Origin: Candidatus Latescibacterota bacterium | GTDB lineage: Bacteria; Latescibacterota; UBA2968; GCA-2709665 | Length of the DNA stretch: 64,000 nt | Direction: 5' to 3' | Assembly (NCBI GenBank): GCA_963662665.2 | Contig: CAXXJS010000016.1 | Location: 66,725 to 130,724 of the forward strand | Shown here: piece after piece, positions 33,009 through 43,036 of the stretch | How positions within the stretch are numbered: position 1 is the first letter of the stretch | Layout: every line of letters starts with the position of its first letter | Program-made: the position numbers and the translations under genes | The notes under the pieces: generated by a model | The model's input: only the letters and a program-made list of their open reading frames with translations | Databases searched by the model: none | Told to the model about the DNA's origin: nothing

Positions 33009-34760
33009 ATGCGACGGGACCATATCGAAACCGAGATTCGCCGGCGGGCCGACGGTTACAAGCCCCAGACCCATCTGATTGCCGACTATTACCGGGTCCG
33101 GCGAAAGATCGCGTACCCCCTCCCGATCCGCGAGATATACCTGCCCGGTTTGCCGATCCCCGGCATCCGGAAGTATCCATGGTCCATCTGGATGACTTGG
33201 AGCCTGGAAGAACGAATCCTTAGCCTGGGTTGGGCGGCGTCCTGGTTCGGCGACGAGCAGGCGCGCCGGCTGGCCGTTTCCGACCTGGATGCCCTGACCG
33301 AATGGCCGTGCTACCGACAGTTGCCGACGCCCGATCTGAGTTCGGGTCACGCGCTGCGCATCCTCTGGCTGGCCTACACCCGGTGGGACTGGCTGCCCGG
33401 CAGCCTGACGCGAAAGATCGAACGGGCGTTTCAGCGCCACATTGAAGACACGCTCCCGCTGTCCGACGCCAGACACGGTGCGTTTATGGGCAAGGACGAT
33501 ATCCTCGCGCTGGACGAACCCCACACCGCGCTGCACAACATCCCGTTCATCGGCACGGTCGGCCTCGCCCTTGCCGCAACCGGCATATCACATCCGTCCG
33601 CCGATGCGTTGAACCGCAGGCTGGAGGCGCTCCTCGGGGCGATCCTGGATCTGCGCAAAAACGGCCATTCGGAAGGGATCGGTTACGACGGATACATCCT
33701 GGACTTCGCCGCCGACTGGCTGGGGACACTCACCGGTGCCAGACGGAAGGCCCTGATGGACCATCCGCGATTCGGCGACGTCCTGGACGCGTCCATCGCG
33801 CTCGGGGCACCCGGAAACATTGCAAATATCGCCCAGCTAAGCGACGCGGAGCCCCGGGAGATGCCGTTCCATGTCTCCTGCCACGCCAAGCTCTTCCGTT
33901 ACCGGCCGTCGCCCCTTACGGGCTGGTACCTGAAGCGCTGCCCCCCGCGCTGGTTGCGCGCCGACGCGCTGGCAGCGAGCCACGCGGTTGTTGACGGATT
34001 GACATGCGAGCCGCCCGAAGCGACAGCTATCGACGCGCACTACGCGGTCGTGCTCAGGAGCGGATGGGAAACGGACGACCTTGCCGTGGCCATGGCGGCG
34101 AGCAACTCGAAGATGAGCCACGTCCACAACGACAACGGATCCATCGTCGTTGGCGCCGGAGGCCGCTGGCCGATTTCCGACCCCGGCTATCAGCAGTACA
34201 TGAAAAAAAGTGAACGCGAATTCACCCTGGGGCCCGCAGCCCACAATGTGCCCGTCATCAATGGCATGGCGCAGACGGGGAAGCCGTTGGACCGCCGGGT
34301 CGTTCTGCGGCAACGCGACAAAGAAAACCAGATGGCCGAACTGGACCTGACCGCATGTTATCCCGCGAAGTTGAACCTGAAACGGGTCGTTCGAACGCTA
34401 TGGCTCTCGGAAAAGGACCTGGTCGTCCTTGCTGACCGCGTGCGGGGCGCCTCGATCGAGACCATCACCTATCACTGGCACGGGCACCCCGACGCCGCGT
34501 GGTGGGTGGCGGACGACGTGGCCCGTATCTATTTCCCCGACCTTACGTTCTGGGTGGGTTCGCCCCAGGTCCGGATCACCGATGAAAACGTAGACCGTCT
34601 CCCCGGATCCAGGGGCCACCTGACACTCAGCGCGAACGCGGATTCATCAGCGGCGTACATCTGGTGGATATTCGCGAAAGGCGATACACGGCCCGCCGTG
34701 ACACTGCAGGAACATGAATTCGAGATTTGCGTAGACGGACGCCGTTTTCAGATTCGATGA
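33009..34760 (+). CDS. heparinase II/III family protein
   Basis: EG.GY..Y, H.H.DNGS, DPGY..Y, AHNVP.ING; no signal peptide. Confidence 0.75.
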   Translation: MRRDHIETEIRRRADGYKPQTHLIADYYRVRRKIAYPLPIREIYLPGLPIPGIRKYPWSIWMTWSLEERILSLGWAASWFGDEQARRLAVSDLDALTEWPCYRQLPTPDLSSGHALRILWLAYTRWDWLPGSLTRKIERAFQRHIEDTLPLSDARHGAFMGKDDILALDEPHTALHNIPFIGTVGLALAATGISHPSADALNRRLEALLGAILDLRKNGHSEGIGYDGYILDFAADWLGTLTGARRKALMDHPRFGDVLDASIALGAPGNIANIAQLSDAEPREMPFHVSCHAKLFRYRPSPLTGWYLKRCPPRWLRADALAASHAVVDGLTCEPPEATAIDAHYAVVLRSGWETDDLAVAMAASNSKMSHVHNDNGSIVVGAGGRWPISDPGYQQYMKKSEREFTLGPAAHNVPVINGMAQTGKPLDRRVVLRQRDKENQMAELDLTACYPAKLNLKRVVRTLWLSEKDLVVLADRVRGASIETITYHWHGHPDAAWWVADDVARIYFPDLTFWVGSPQVRITDENVDRLPGSRGHLTLSANADSSAAYIWWIFAKGDTRPAVTLQEHEFEICVDGRRFQIR

Positions 34761-34881
34761 ACCGGCGCATTAGACAAACGTCCGTTGTAGTTGTCCCTCT
34801 AACGGATGCAGTATACCGGCCACGTGAGATTCCTGGCTGTGCACCGGCCTGGGTCAACGATCGGAGAGAAGGAACTTCTGT

Positions 34882-36813
34882 ATGAGGGTTTCCAAAATCT
34901 GCGACGTCCCTTTCCTGGCGCCTTCCAACTCACCGGGAGAGCTCATATTCGACCCCAAACTGGGTCGCAAAGTGCTCTACCAATCCATGTTCTCCGCGAT
35001 TCCAGGCCGCCCGCCGGCTCTGGTCCGCACCGACTTCGAACGCCACGAATACGCGTCCTTCGCCCAGCCGAACGGCCGTGGGACCTGGAAGGTCCGTCTT
35101 CTGTCTGACGGTAAAATTTGGTTCGGGATGAACGGCCCGGGGCAACTCACCTGTTTCAACCCGATGACAGAGTCATGGGAAAACGTCCCTCGCCATCGCC
35201 CGCCCAAGGGAAACTCCCACCTCACCGACGTCGTGGAAGGACCGGACGGACGGCTGTACATGCCCGGCTTTCCCTCCGGCGAGTGTGTGGTCTACGACCC
35301 GAACACCGGCCAATACAGAGAGATTCCCGTGGCCGGACGTAACCACCAGCTTTTCGCCGCGTGTGTCACCGACGGCGGCGACATTGGCATTCTCAACGGC
35401 CTCCAGCACGGCGTCTACGCCCTGGATCCGCGCACCGACGAAGTCACGGTGGCTTCGCCGCCTCACCTCGCCGGACGGCCGGACGCTTACAGTGGCTTCC
35501 TGCGGCTCGGGAACCAGTTCCTTGTCACCCTGGGCGACCCTGAAGGCGGCATCGAAATCTGTCGGTTCTCGGCGCTCGACCTCCGCTTCCTTGGCTCTTT
35601 CGTGGTGAAGACCGCGATCACCTCCGGACGGAACCTGATGACCTCGCCGGGCGGCCGCCCTTTCCTGAGCGTTGACGACGGGTACATCTACGCAATCGAC
35701 CTGGAAACAGAATCTGCCGACCTCGCGTGCCGCATCCCTTACGTTCCAAGCCGCGGCAACTACTATTTCCTTGACGAGCATCGAATCGTTTTCGCCGGCC
35801 ATTCCCAGTATTACGGCATCTGCGATATCCGGACCGCCGAACTCGACCTCCACCTGACCGAGATCGAGAATCCCCCCATCGGCATCTTCTCCATCCTGCC
35901 GGACTCTTCGGGAGCTATCTATTGCTCGGCCCATTTGGGCCTCTCCCTCTCACGCGCGGGTCCGACGACAAAACGGGCGGAGATTCTGGGCCTGACGTAC
36001 AACGGTTCCGGCGAAATCTACGGCAGCGCCGAGGCCCGCGGCAACATCTACAGCATCTCGTACACCCATAACGTCCTTACGGTATACAATCCGAAACGAC
36101 GATGGCGGCCCGGTCCGGCTGAGGGCGACAACCCGCGGAATCTAGGCCCGATGGGCGACGAACAGTACCGCCCCGTCACCGGCATTCTCAATGGACCGGG
36201 CGACAGACTCTACGTCGGGTCCATGCCGGAGTATGGGGCCCGTGGCGGCGCGCTTACCGTTGTCGATCCTGCAGACAACAGTCAGCGATCTTACCGCCAC
36301 CTGGTACCGGACCATTCCATCCTGGGCCTGACGACCGGCCCGGAACACGTATATCTCGGCACCAGCATCATCGCCGACGGCTATATCCGGCCCGCCGAAG
36401 GCAACGCCTGCTTTCTGGTTTTCGATCCGGAACGCGAAGACGTTCTGTTCGAACATGAAATCGAGGGCGCCCGCAGCCTGATTGCCATGGGATACGGCTC
36501 CGAAAGCGTCTTTTTCTGGTCCGACGACCACGCGGGCGGTAACCGCTTTTTCGTCTTCCGCCTTGCGGACCGCGCCTTTCACGAGCTCAACACCCCGTTC
36601 GCCGGCGGTGGACCCCACAACCGGCCGATGGTGGCGGACGCGAACGGCAATCTCTTCTTTTCCCACGGAAACCGGATCGTTCGACTCGATCCGTCAACCG
36701 GAACGCTCCGTGTCGTCCATAGCGCAGTCTCCGGACAGATCCCGATTCTTGCCGCCGCGGGCAACGGTATCCTGTTCTCGCAGCAACACGAACTCTGGCT
36801 TCTGACGATCTGA
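34882..36813 (+). CDS. beta-propeller (Vgb/WD-like) hypothetical protein
   Basis: Repeated GPDGRLY / YDP.T blades; Q.RP...G..P.YG..GGAL motif. Confidence 0.65.
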   Translation: MRVSKICDVPFLAPSNSPGELIFDPKLGRKVLYQSMFSAIPGRPPALVRTDFERHEYASFAQPNGRGTWKVRLLSDGKIWFGMNGPGQLTCFNPMTESWENVPRHRPPKGNSHLTDVVEGPDGRLYMPGFPSGECVVYDPNTGQYREIPVAGRNHQLFAACVTDGGDIGILNGLQHGVYALDPRTDEVTVASPPHLAGRPDAYSGFLRLGNQFLVTLGDPEGGIEICRFSALDLRFLGSFVVKTAITSGRNLMTSPGGRPFLSVDDGYIYAIDLETESADLACRIPYVPSRGNYYFLDEHRIVFAGHSQYYGICDIRTAELDLHLTEIENPPIGIFSILPDSSGAIYCSAHLGLSLSRAGPTTKRAEILGLTYNGSGEIYGSAEARGNIYSISYTHNVLTVYNPKRRWRPGPAEGDNPRNLGPMGDEQYRPVTGILNGPGDRLYVGSMPEYGARGGALTVVDPADNSQRSYRHLVPDHSILGLTTGPEHVYLGTSIIADGYIRPAEGNACFLVFDPEREDVLFEHEIEGARSLIAMGYGSESVFFWSDDHAGGNRFFVFRLADRAFHELNTPFAGGGPHNRPMVADANGNLFFSHGNRIVRLDPSTGTLRVVHSAVSGQIPILAAAGNGILFSQQHELWLLTI

Positions 36814-36843
36814 CCGGTTGTATCGCCAAATCAGGAACCCATT

Positions 36844-38970
36844 GTGAAAACCGGCCCCGACTGGATAACTCGCATACGCCCGGACCACCCGCGGATGTTC
36901 CTCAACGCCGACACCCTGCCGGCACTCCGGGAGCGTGCTCTGACCGCCTGCAATGACGAATACGTCAAGGTCAAGTCGTTCGCCGAGGCGCCTCCGCCGG
37001 ACACGGGATGGGCCGTCATCGACCGTCCGCCGCCCCTGCCCGACGGTACGGAAGTGCGGGATTGGGGCCACCGCATGATGTGTTCGGCCATCGTCTACCT
37101 CCTGGAACCCTCCGGCGAACGGCTGGCCCGACTCGTTTCCGAACTGCGCGCCAGCGCTGAATACTACCACGCATGTTACGCCGAGAATGAATCCGTAAAC
37201 TGGTACGCCGCCAGCCGTGCCGCTTGCCTGGTAACCCTGGACTGGATCTGGAACGACCTCGCGTCGAATGACCGGCGGGAGATCGCCCTGCGTCTTCTCG
37301 ATCACGTGGACGAAGCGCTTCACAAACCGGGCATCCGCCGACGCAACGGTTCCGACCATCGCAGCGGATTCTACGGCGCGCCCAGCCTGGCCTGGTTCGC
37401 GGGGCTCCTGCTCCACGAAGAAGGCATCGACGATACCAGGGCGCTCCGTTTTCTTGAAAAGGGCTATGACGACCACCTCAAGCTGCTGGTTCATCGCGCG
37501 GCGGCCTGCGGCGACGACGGCGGCGAAGCCTCGCCCACGCTCGGATACGCGTTCGGCGAATACCCCCTGGCGCAATGGAACTTCATCCACACGATTCTAT
37601 CGTCAACCGGCGAAGATATTTCCGGTAACTGGCCGCACATCCGCATGTTTCCCAACTATGTCATCTGGAACTGGCTGCCGGGCGAACTCGAGTTCGGTTA
37701 TGGCGACAGCACGCATACCGACAACAGCCTGCGGACGAACTGGATGTACACCCATATGTCTCACATCATACACTTCTTCGGTCAATCCCATCCCGAGTGG
37801 GCCGGACTCGCGCGTCATATCCGGGACAAGGCAGGCGGCGGCTTTGCTCTGGATAAGTGGCCTGTCTACCCGTTTCTGCTCGACGGCCTCGACGGCGCGC
37901 CGCCTGCCGCGGGCCCGGACATCCTGCCGCCTGCGCGCCACTTTGAAAGCCTGGGTCAGATTTTCATGCGTTCCGGCTCCGGCGACCACGACACCTACGC
38001 CCTTTTTTGCGATGGTGGCAGCCTGAGAAGCCACCGCCACTACGATGCAACGCACTTCACCATCTTCAAGAAGGGATTCCTCGCCCTTGACAGCGGCACG
38101 CGCATGGGAAACACCGACAACCTGCAGAACTACTACGCGCAGACCGTCGCCCACAACTGTATGTTGATCAAGATGCCCGGCGAGGCGCCATCGACTTACT
38201 GGAACGGCGAGGTCTACGGGCAGGCGGGCGGACAGAACAAAACCATCGGTTCCCAAATAACCGCCTATGAAACCAACCCCCACTTCACCTACGTCGCCGC
38301 AGACGCCACGACGGTCTACAATGCCGAAAAATGCGCCCTCATGGTCCGCCAGTTCATCTTTCTTCCGCCGGACCATTTCGTCGTGTTCGACCGCGTCACG
38401 ACCACCCGCGCCGGCTACGCCAAGACCTGGCTCATGCACCATGCCAACGAGCCCCTGGTTGATGGCAGTACATGGAGGTCGGATCAGGACCGGGGACGCA
38501 TTCTCGCACGGACGCTCTTACCCGAAGACGCCACGCTCGAAAAGGTCGGCGGACCGGGCAGGGAATTCCTGGCCGACGGCGTCAACTATGCGATAGACGA
38601 AGGCCCTTCGCGGCTCATCGTCGAGAATAAGTATCCGATCGGAAGGATGCACTACGACGAAATTCCAGAGCTTATGGGCCGCTGGCGAATGGAAGTCAGA
38701 CCGGGCACAGCCCGTAGAGAAGACCTGTTCCTGCATCTCATACAGGTGGGAGATCGGAATCTGCACAGGATGAGCGAAGCGGATGTCAGCGTCTCCCGGA
38801 CCGGCGTCGAACTCGACTTCATCGCGTGCGGCAGTCGCGTCGTAATCTCGTTCCCTGCCTCCGGAAAGACTGGCGGTCATATCACGTGTGCCCGGAACGG
38901 GGAGCGGCTTGTTGACAAGGACCTTGCCAGGGATGTACAGGCCCAGGCCGGGCTCGCCGTATCAGATTAG
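36844..38970 (+). CDS. heparinase II/III family lyase with N-terminal alpha-toroid
   Basis: HPRMF, DWIW, H.HYD..HF.I.K.G.LALDSG, T.AHN, WRMEV.P, FLH.IQ; no signal peptide. Confidence 0.82.
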   Translation: MKTGPDWITRIRPDHPRMFLNADTLPALRERALTACNDEYVKVKSFAEAPPPDTGWAVIDRPPPLPDGTEVRDWGHRMMCSAIVYLLEPSGERLARLVSELRASAEYYHACYAENESVNWYAASRAACLVTLDWIWNDLASNDRREIALRLLDHVDEALHKPGIRRRNGSDHRSGFYGAPSLAWFAGLLLHEEGIDDTRALRFLEKGYDDHLKLLVHRAAACGDDGGEASPTLGYAFGEYPLAQWNFIHTILSSTGEDISGNWPHIRMFPNYVIWNWLPGELEFGYGDSTHTDNSLRTNWMYTHMSHIIHFFGQSHPEWAGLARHIRDKAGGGFALDKWPVYPFLLDGLDGAPPAAGPDILPPARHFESLGQIFMRSGSGDHDTYALFCDGGSLRSHRHYDATHFTIFKKGFLALDSGTRMGNTDNLQNYYAQTVAHNCMLIKMPGEAPSTYWNGEVYGQAGGQNKTIGSQITAYETNPHFTYVAADATTVYNAEKCALMVRQFIFLPPDHFVVFDRVTTTRAGYAKTWLMHHANEPLVDGSTWRSDQDRGRILARTLLPEDATLEKVGGPGREFLADGVNYAIDEGPSRLIVENKYPIGRMHYDEIPELMGRWRMEVRPGTARREDLFLHLIQVGDRNLHRMSEADVSVSRTGVELDFIACGSRVVISFPASGKTGGHITCARNGERLVDKDLARDVQAQAGLAVSD

Positions 38971-39030
38971 GTCCGTCTGCACGTGTAACGCACGGATTCC
39001 CGCTTCATTGATTTTACGGAGAGACATCAA

Positions 39031-39933
39031 ATGAACGAATTTCGCGGCATCTACCCCGCGCTGATCACACCGATGACACCCGAAGGCGACTTTAACGAAG
39101 ATGCCTTCCGCCAGCTCATGGAGTACAATATTTCATCGGGCGCCCACGGTTTCTGGGTTGCCGGCGGCGCCGGTGAAAGCGTCCTGCTTGAAGACGAAGA
39201 AAACACCCGCATAGCCAATGTCGCCGCCCACCAGGCGGACGGACGGGCCAGAATCATCATGCACGTAGGCGCGGTCACAACCGAGCGTGCCGCCAGAATG
39301 GCCGAGAACGCCGCGAAGGCCGGTGTTGATGCTATCTGCGCCGTACCTCCCTTCTTCTACAGACCGGGTCCCGACGAAATCGCCGAACATTACCGGGTCG
39401 TCGGCACGGCGGCAGCCCTTCCCCTGTTCATCTATAACCTGCCTGGTGCCACGGGTATAGAGATCACCCTCGAACTGGCGGAGAAGATCAGAGAGCAGGT
39501 GCCGCAACTGGCCGGCCTGAAACATTCTGCGCCCGCATTCGCGAACACGCGTCATTTCGCCAAAATGGGGCTTTCGTGCCTTATCGGCAGTGCTGCGCTT
39601 CTCCTTCCCGCGCTCACCATCGGCGCTTCGGGCTGCGTGGATGGACCGCTTTCACTGTCTCCGGATGTTTGGGTCAATATCTGGACCGCCTACCACAGCG
39701 GCGACACCAAGTCTGCCGAGGCCGAACAGGAACGGGCCGCGGAGCTCTATACGATCTTCAACCGCGCCGGGTATATCGCGTCCATGAAGGCCCTGCTGTC
39801 CGAGAAACTGGGCATCGACTGCGGGGATCCCCGCCCGCCGCAACGGCCGCTGACCAGCGAGGAAAGAGCCTTCGTCATCCGGACGGCGGCAAAACTGGGG
39901 ATGATGGAAATCGCAAGTAAGGATGGCCGCTGA
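39031..39933 (+). CDS. DHDPS/N-acetylneuraminate lyase family aldolase
   Basis: PALITP, G..GES, PPFFY, IYNLP..TG, GLKHS. Confidence 0.88.
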   Translation: MNEFRGIYPALITPMTPEGDFNEDAFRQLMEYNISSGAHGFWVAGGAGESVLLEDEENTRIANVAAHQADGRARIIMHVGAVTTERAARMAENAAKAGVDAICAVPPFFYRPGPDEIAEHYRVVGTAAALPLFIYNLPGATGIEITLELAEKIREQVPQLAGLKHSAPAFANTRHFAKMGLSCLIGSAALLLPALTIGASGCVDGPLSLSPDVWVNIWTAYHSGDTKSAEAEQERAAELYTIFNRAGYIASMKALLSEKLGIDCGDPRPPQRPLTSEERAFVIRTAAKLGMMEIASKDGR

Positions 39934-40010
39934 CCGTTCCGGACCACGGCGATATCACTTGAAGACACCAATTTCGGCCCCTGTGAACCCTTTTAGCGGA
40001 GGACGTCCGT

Positions 40011-40919
40011 ATGATCCCCCTCTTAAGCAGCCTGTGTTACGGATCGCTTGAAGTCTGCCAACTCCCCCGGACATGGTGGAAAGTCCTGCTCCGGAACGCG
40101 GGCATTCTCGACGAGGAATACCCCGACGTCAGTGAAGGACTGGACAAATCCGTCCTGGAAGTGCTGAATCTGGATAGAGAGACAACCCTGGCATATTTGC
40201 GGGAGAACATGCCCGACTACCTCCGGTTTGAGTCCTGGGTCCTCGGACAAAACGACAGAATGCTCGACCGAGAGGCAATCGAAACGTGGAACGAGTCCGT
40301 ACGCACCCGAATTCACACGCGACCCGATAAGCTCGAGGAAACCACGAACGACATCGGCATTCCCAACGACGGCGCGATCACTTCAGCTGTGGTCCTCAAC
40401 GGTCTCCAGGACTGGTCGCTATTCTACAGACGTGACTTGACGGAGGGATTTTCGGCCCCGGGCGGCCGCGTGGTGCCCCTCATCTCCAGCCTGGACTACG
40501 GCCCGCTAAACGTCTGCCAGCTCCCGCGTACGTGGCTGAAGATACTGCTCAGGTCCCGACGCCTGCTGCATCCCGACTATCCCGATATGACCGATAGCGG
40601 CCTGGACCCCCTCGCGCTGCGCGCCGTGAACGTCGAGCCGAACGACGCAGTACGTTTCATCCGGGACAACGCGCCCGCGTATCTCGACTTCGAAGCGTGG
40701 ATTCTCCGACAGAACGACGGAAGCGTCGACGGCGGCGCCGTCGAGGAGTGGAACGCCTTCGTGCGGAGGCGCATTCATTCAGATGAGAAGATCGTGGATA
40801 TTCACGATACACTGGGCCTGGAAAACGACGGCAGCCTGACCTCCGCGGTCGTTCTGAACCACGTTGAAGACTGGCACTTCGCGCACGCGGACCTGACGGG
40901 CCTGGGAACGGGTTCGTAA
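40011..40919 (+). CDS. tandem two-domain DUF5069-like protein
   Basis: Two homologous halves: PL.SSL.YG.L.VCQLPRTW.K...YPD...GLD...P.YL.FE.W...TSAVVLN...DW. Confidence 0.7.
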   Translation: MIPLLSSLCYGSLEVCQLPRTWWKVLLRNAGILDEEYPDVSEGLDKSVLEVLNLDRETTLAYLRENMPDYLRFESWVLGQNDRMLDREAIETWNESVRTRIHTRPDKLEETTNDIGIPNDGAITSAVVLNGLQDWSLFYRRDLTEGFSAPGGRVVPLISSLDYGPLNVCQLPRTWLKILLRSRRLLHPDYPDMTDSGLDPLALRAVNVEPNDAVRFIRDNAPAYLDFEAWILRQNDGSVDGGAVEEWNAFVRRRIHSDEKIVDIHDTLGLENDGSLTSAVVLNHVEDWHFAHADLTGLGTGS

Positions 40920-40972
40920 CGATCGGCAATCAACGCACGAAAATTCGGATACCTAACGAATCCAATTACAGG

Positions 40973-41001
40973 TTGACATTACCCGATCCACGGATTAAAC
41001 T
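40973..41001 (+). promoter_or_regulatory. sigma70-type promoter heading the WD40 locus
   Basis: TTGACA, 17 nt, TAAACT; second TATAAT at 41023-41028. Confidence 0.65.
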
Positions 41002-41134
41002 ATAGCTAAAGTTACGTATTAGTATAATTCTTCCGTGGAAGGTGCCCGCGTCGCCGATCTTCAAGGTGCGGCCGGGATCCCCAATGCCACCCGCGGTCAC
41101 GCGAAGGCGCCAGGCCCTGCATAAGCCCCGCAAG

Positions 41135-41360
41135 AAGTAATCGGCTGAACCTGTGGTTGACGCCATTCTCAAACCCGTTAGCGTTTGAAATGGAGGTGAT
41201 ACCGGAATCCACGTCGCCAAACGTTTTGCCGCTGTAGATATACGTGATAAACTGTAGATCGGGACAAGTGCTGAATTGATAGGTTGCGCTGTGTGAGTGA
41301 TAGAGCGATGCCGTCGGAATCCGTACATCCGGTTTTGTCATTTCGCCATCGCACCCTCCC
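41135..41360 (+). repeat. conserved non-coding leader, copy A
   Basis: Collinear with 43100-43322; shared blocks GTGGTT.ACGCC.TTC, GGAG.TGA.A...GAATCCAC.TCG..AAACGT.TT.CCG and CAAGTGCTGAA.TG. Confidence 0.8.
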
Positions 41361-41373
41361 GATCAATCCCCAT

Positions 41374-41566
41374 CAGTCCGTTGATAAAGTTGCTGTGACG
41401 GCGAGGCTCAGTGTCCCGTCCCGCGAAATTGTCTCCGTTCATCCGGCGATTCCCGCGGTCTGGCAGTGTTGCTTACGCTGTTTGTGTTGCCTGCACTGAG
41501 CTCGTCGAAGGGATACCAGCCAGCCGACTGGCGGCCGCAGACCGGATGGGCTTTTTCAACGTACCA
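41374..41566. mobile_element. MITE-like element (inverted relative of 13896-14054) with nested repeat and REP-like unit
   Basis: Ends CAGTCCGTTGATAAAGTTGCT... and ...CCGGATGGGCTTTTTCAACG match the reverse complement of the 13896 element; it interrupts a leader that is continuous in copy B. Confidence 0.65.
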
Positions 41567-41620
41567 CCTGGACCAATCAAGCACAGTCTCTTCCTATGTT
41601 TTTTCACAGTAACTTATCCC

Positions 41621-41970
41621 GTAATCGCATGAATCACGGTCCGTGGTGTGGCTGGAAGACGCGCTTTGCGTCTCAGTCTCAGTCATTCACGGTTATCGCG
41701 TGTATCACAGTCCGCCGAGTGGCTGGACGGCGCATCTTGCGTCTCAGTCTCAGTCATTCGCGGTAACCACGTGAATCACCGTCCGTGGTGTGGCCGGGCG
41801 GCGCCCCCTGCGCCCATATCCCGGTCAATTGCGTGAATCGCACACGAACCACAGTTCGGGGTGCGGTTCGGCGACGTGTCTTCCGCTTCAATTTCCAAGT
41901 AAATCAACATAATCACGGGCATCACGGTCCGGGTGCGGCTGAACGGCGTGCCCTGCGCTCGATTCTGCCC
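41621..41970. repeat. degenerate tandem array, ~71-bp period, about 5 units
   Basis: TTGCGTCTCAGTCTCAGTCATTC identical at 41666 and 41737; ATCAC.GTCCG motif at ~41633, 41704, 41775, 41922 and degenerate at ~41847. Confidence 0.8.
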
Positions 41971-42088
41971 GCTGATACCGGTACCCGCTGAACTCCAGTT
42001 GAGGGTGTGGCGGATCGGCGAGCCCTTGCTTAAATCACGGTTTACCGTCGTGATTCATATTGATTCATTGCCCAGGGAGGGTATCGAA

Positions 42089-42886
42089 ATGAAAAAAAAG
42101 CTGACGACTGTGAGTCTCATTCTTCTTTCTACAACTGTCTTGTTTGCACAGTTCGCCCACGCACAGGACTACAATCGCTGGAGCTTGCCCGAAGGCGCCC
42201 TCATGCGCCTCGGCAAAGGAGACGTGCGCGACGATGCCTGGTCGCCGGACGGAACGCTTCTGGCTTTCGGGGGCAGCCTCGGCATCTGGCTCTACGATGC
42301 CCGGACCGGGGCGGAAATTTCCCTGATCAAAGGACGTTCGTTCAGAGTCAATGGAGTTGCGTTTTCGCCCGATGGTCTCACGCTGGCAAGCGCCGGTAGT
42401 GACCGTACCGTGCGGCTGTGGGACATAGAAACGGGGCAGGAACTAAGCACCCTGGAAGGACATACCGACGACGTCGAGGCGGTGGCATTCTCTCCGGATG
42501 GGACGACGCTGGCAAGCGGCAGTCGTGACGGCACGGTGCGGGTGTGGGACGCGGCCACAGGGCAGAATATACGCGCCCTCAAAGGACATACCGATCCGAT
42601 CTGGTCGGTGGCGTTTTCACCGGACGGCAGGACCCTGGGAAGCGCCAGTTACGACTGTACGATTCTGCTGTGGGATGTCTCGTAACGTGCGGCATTGCAA
42701 CCCCTTGCTGCCGACTTCGATGGCGACGGGGCCGTGGGCTTTTCCGACTTTCTGCAATTCATCGCAGAGTACGGGCTGAGCTGGGGAGATGCGGGATATG
42801 ACGCGCGCTTCGACCTGGACGGCGACGGTGAGGTCGGTTCCCGCGATTGGTGGATCTTCGGAAAAATCTTCGGCCGGGGTACCTGA
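42089..42886 (+). pseudogene. exported WD40 protein with EF-hand/dockerin-like tail, short copy, in-frame TAA at 42683-42685
   Basis: GGGAGG RBS, signal peptide MKKKLTT..., 4 WD units; TAA where the paralogue has TCA, and the frame continues as ADFDGDGAVGFSDF... Confidence 0.8.
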
Positions 42887-43036
42887 GGCGGACTAACGGT
42901 GTCGGAAACAGGTCGCGCAAGGTCTGCATTAGGACCGGGAACCCACCCACTTCGGGCGGGTTTCCGGCATGAGAGTCAAATCCTTGCCGGACTCCTGTTT
43001 TGACATTCCATCCATCACCCAATCTGACAGCGTCCG

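Noticed and set aside
41012-41341. Minus-strand ORF with GKTFxDVDS similarity to 43040-43250
   Set aside because: Several synonymous-looking changes, but the homologous copy has an in-frame stop and the 116-nt period breaks the frame; a decayed CDS is not fully excluded
41621-41970. CRISPR array
   Set aside because: Only two identical 23-mers, the would-be spacers are homologous to each other, and there are no cas genes
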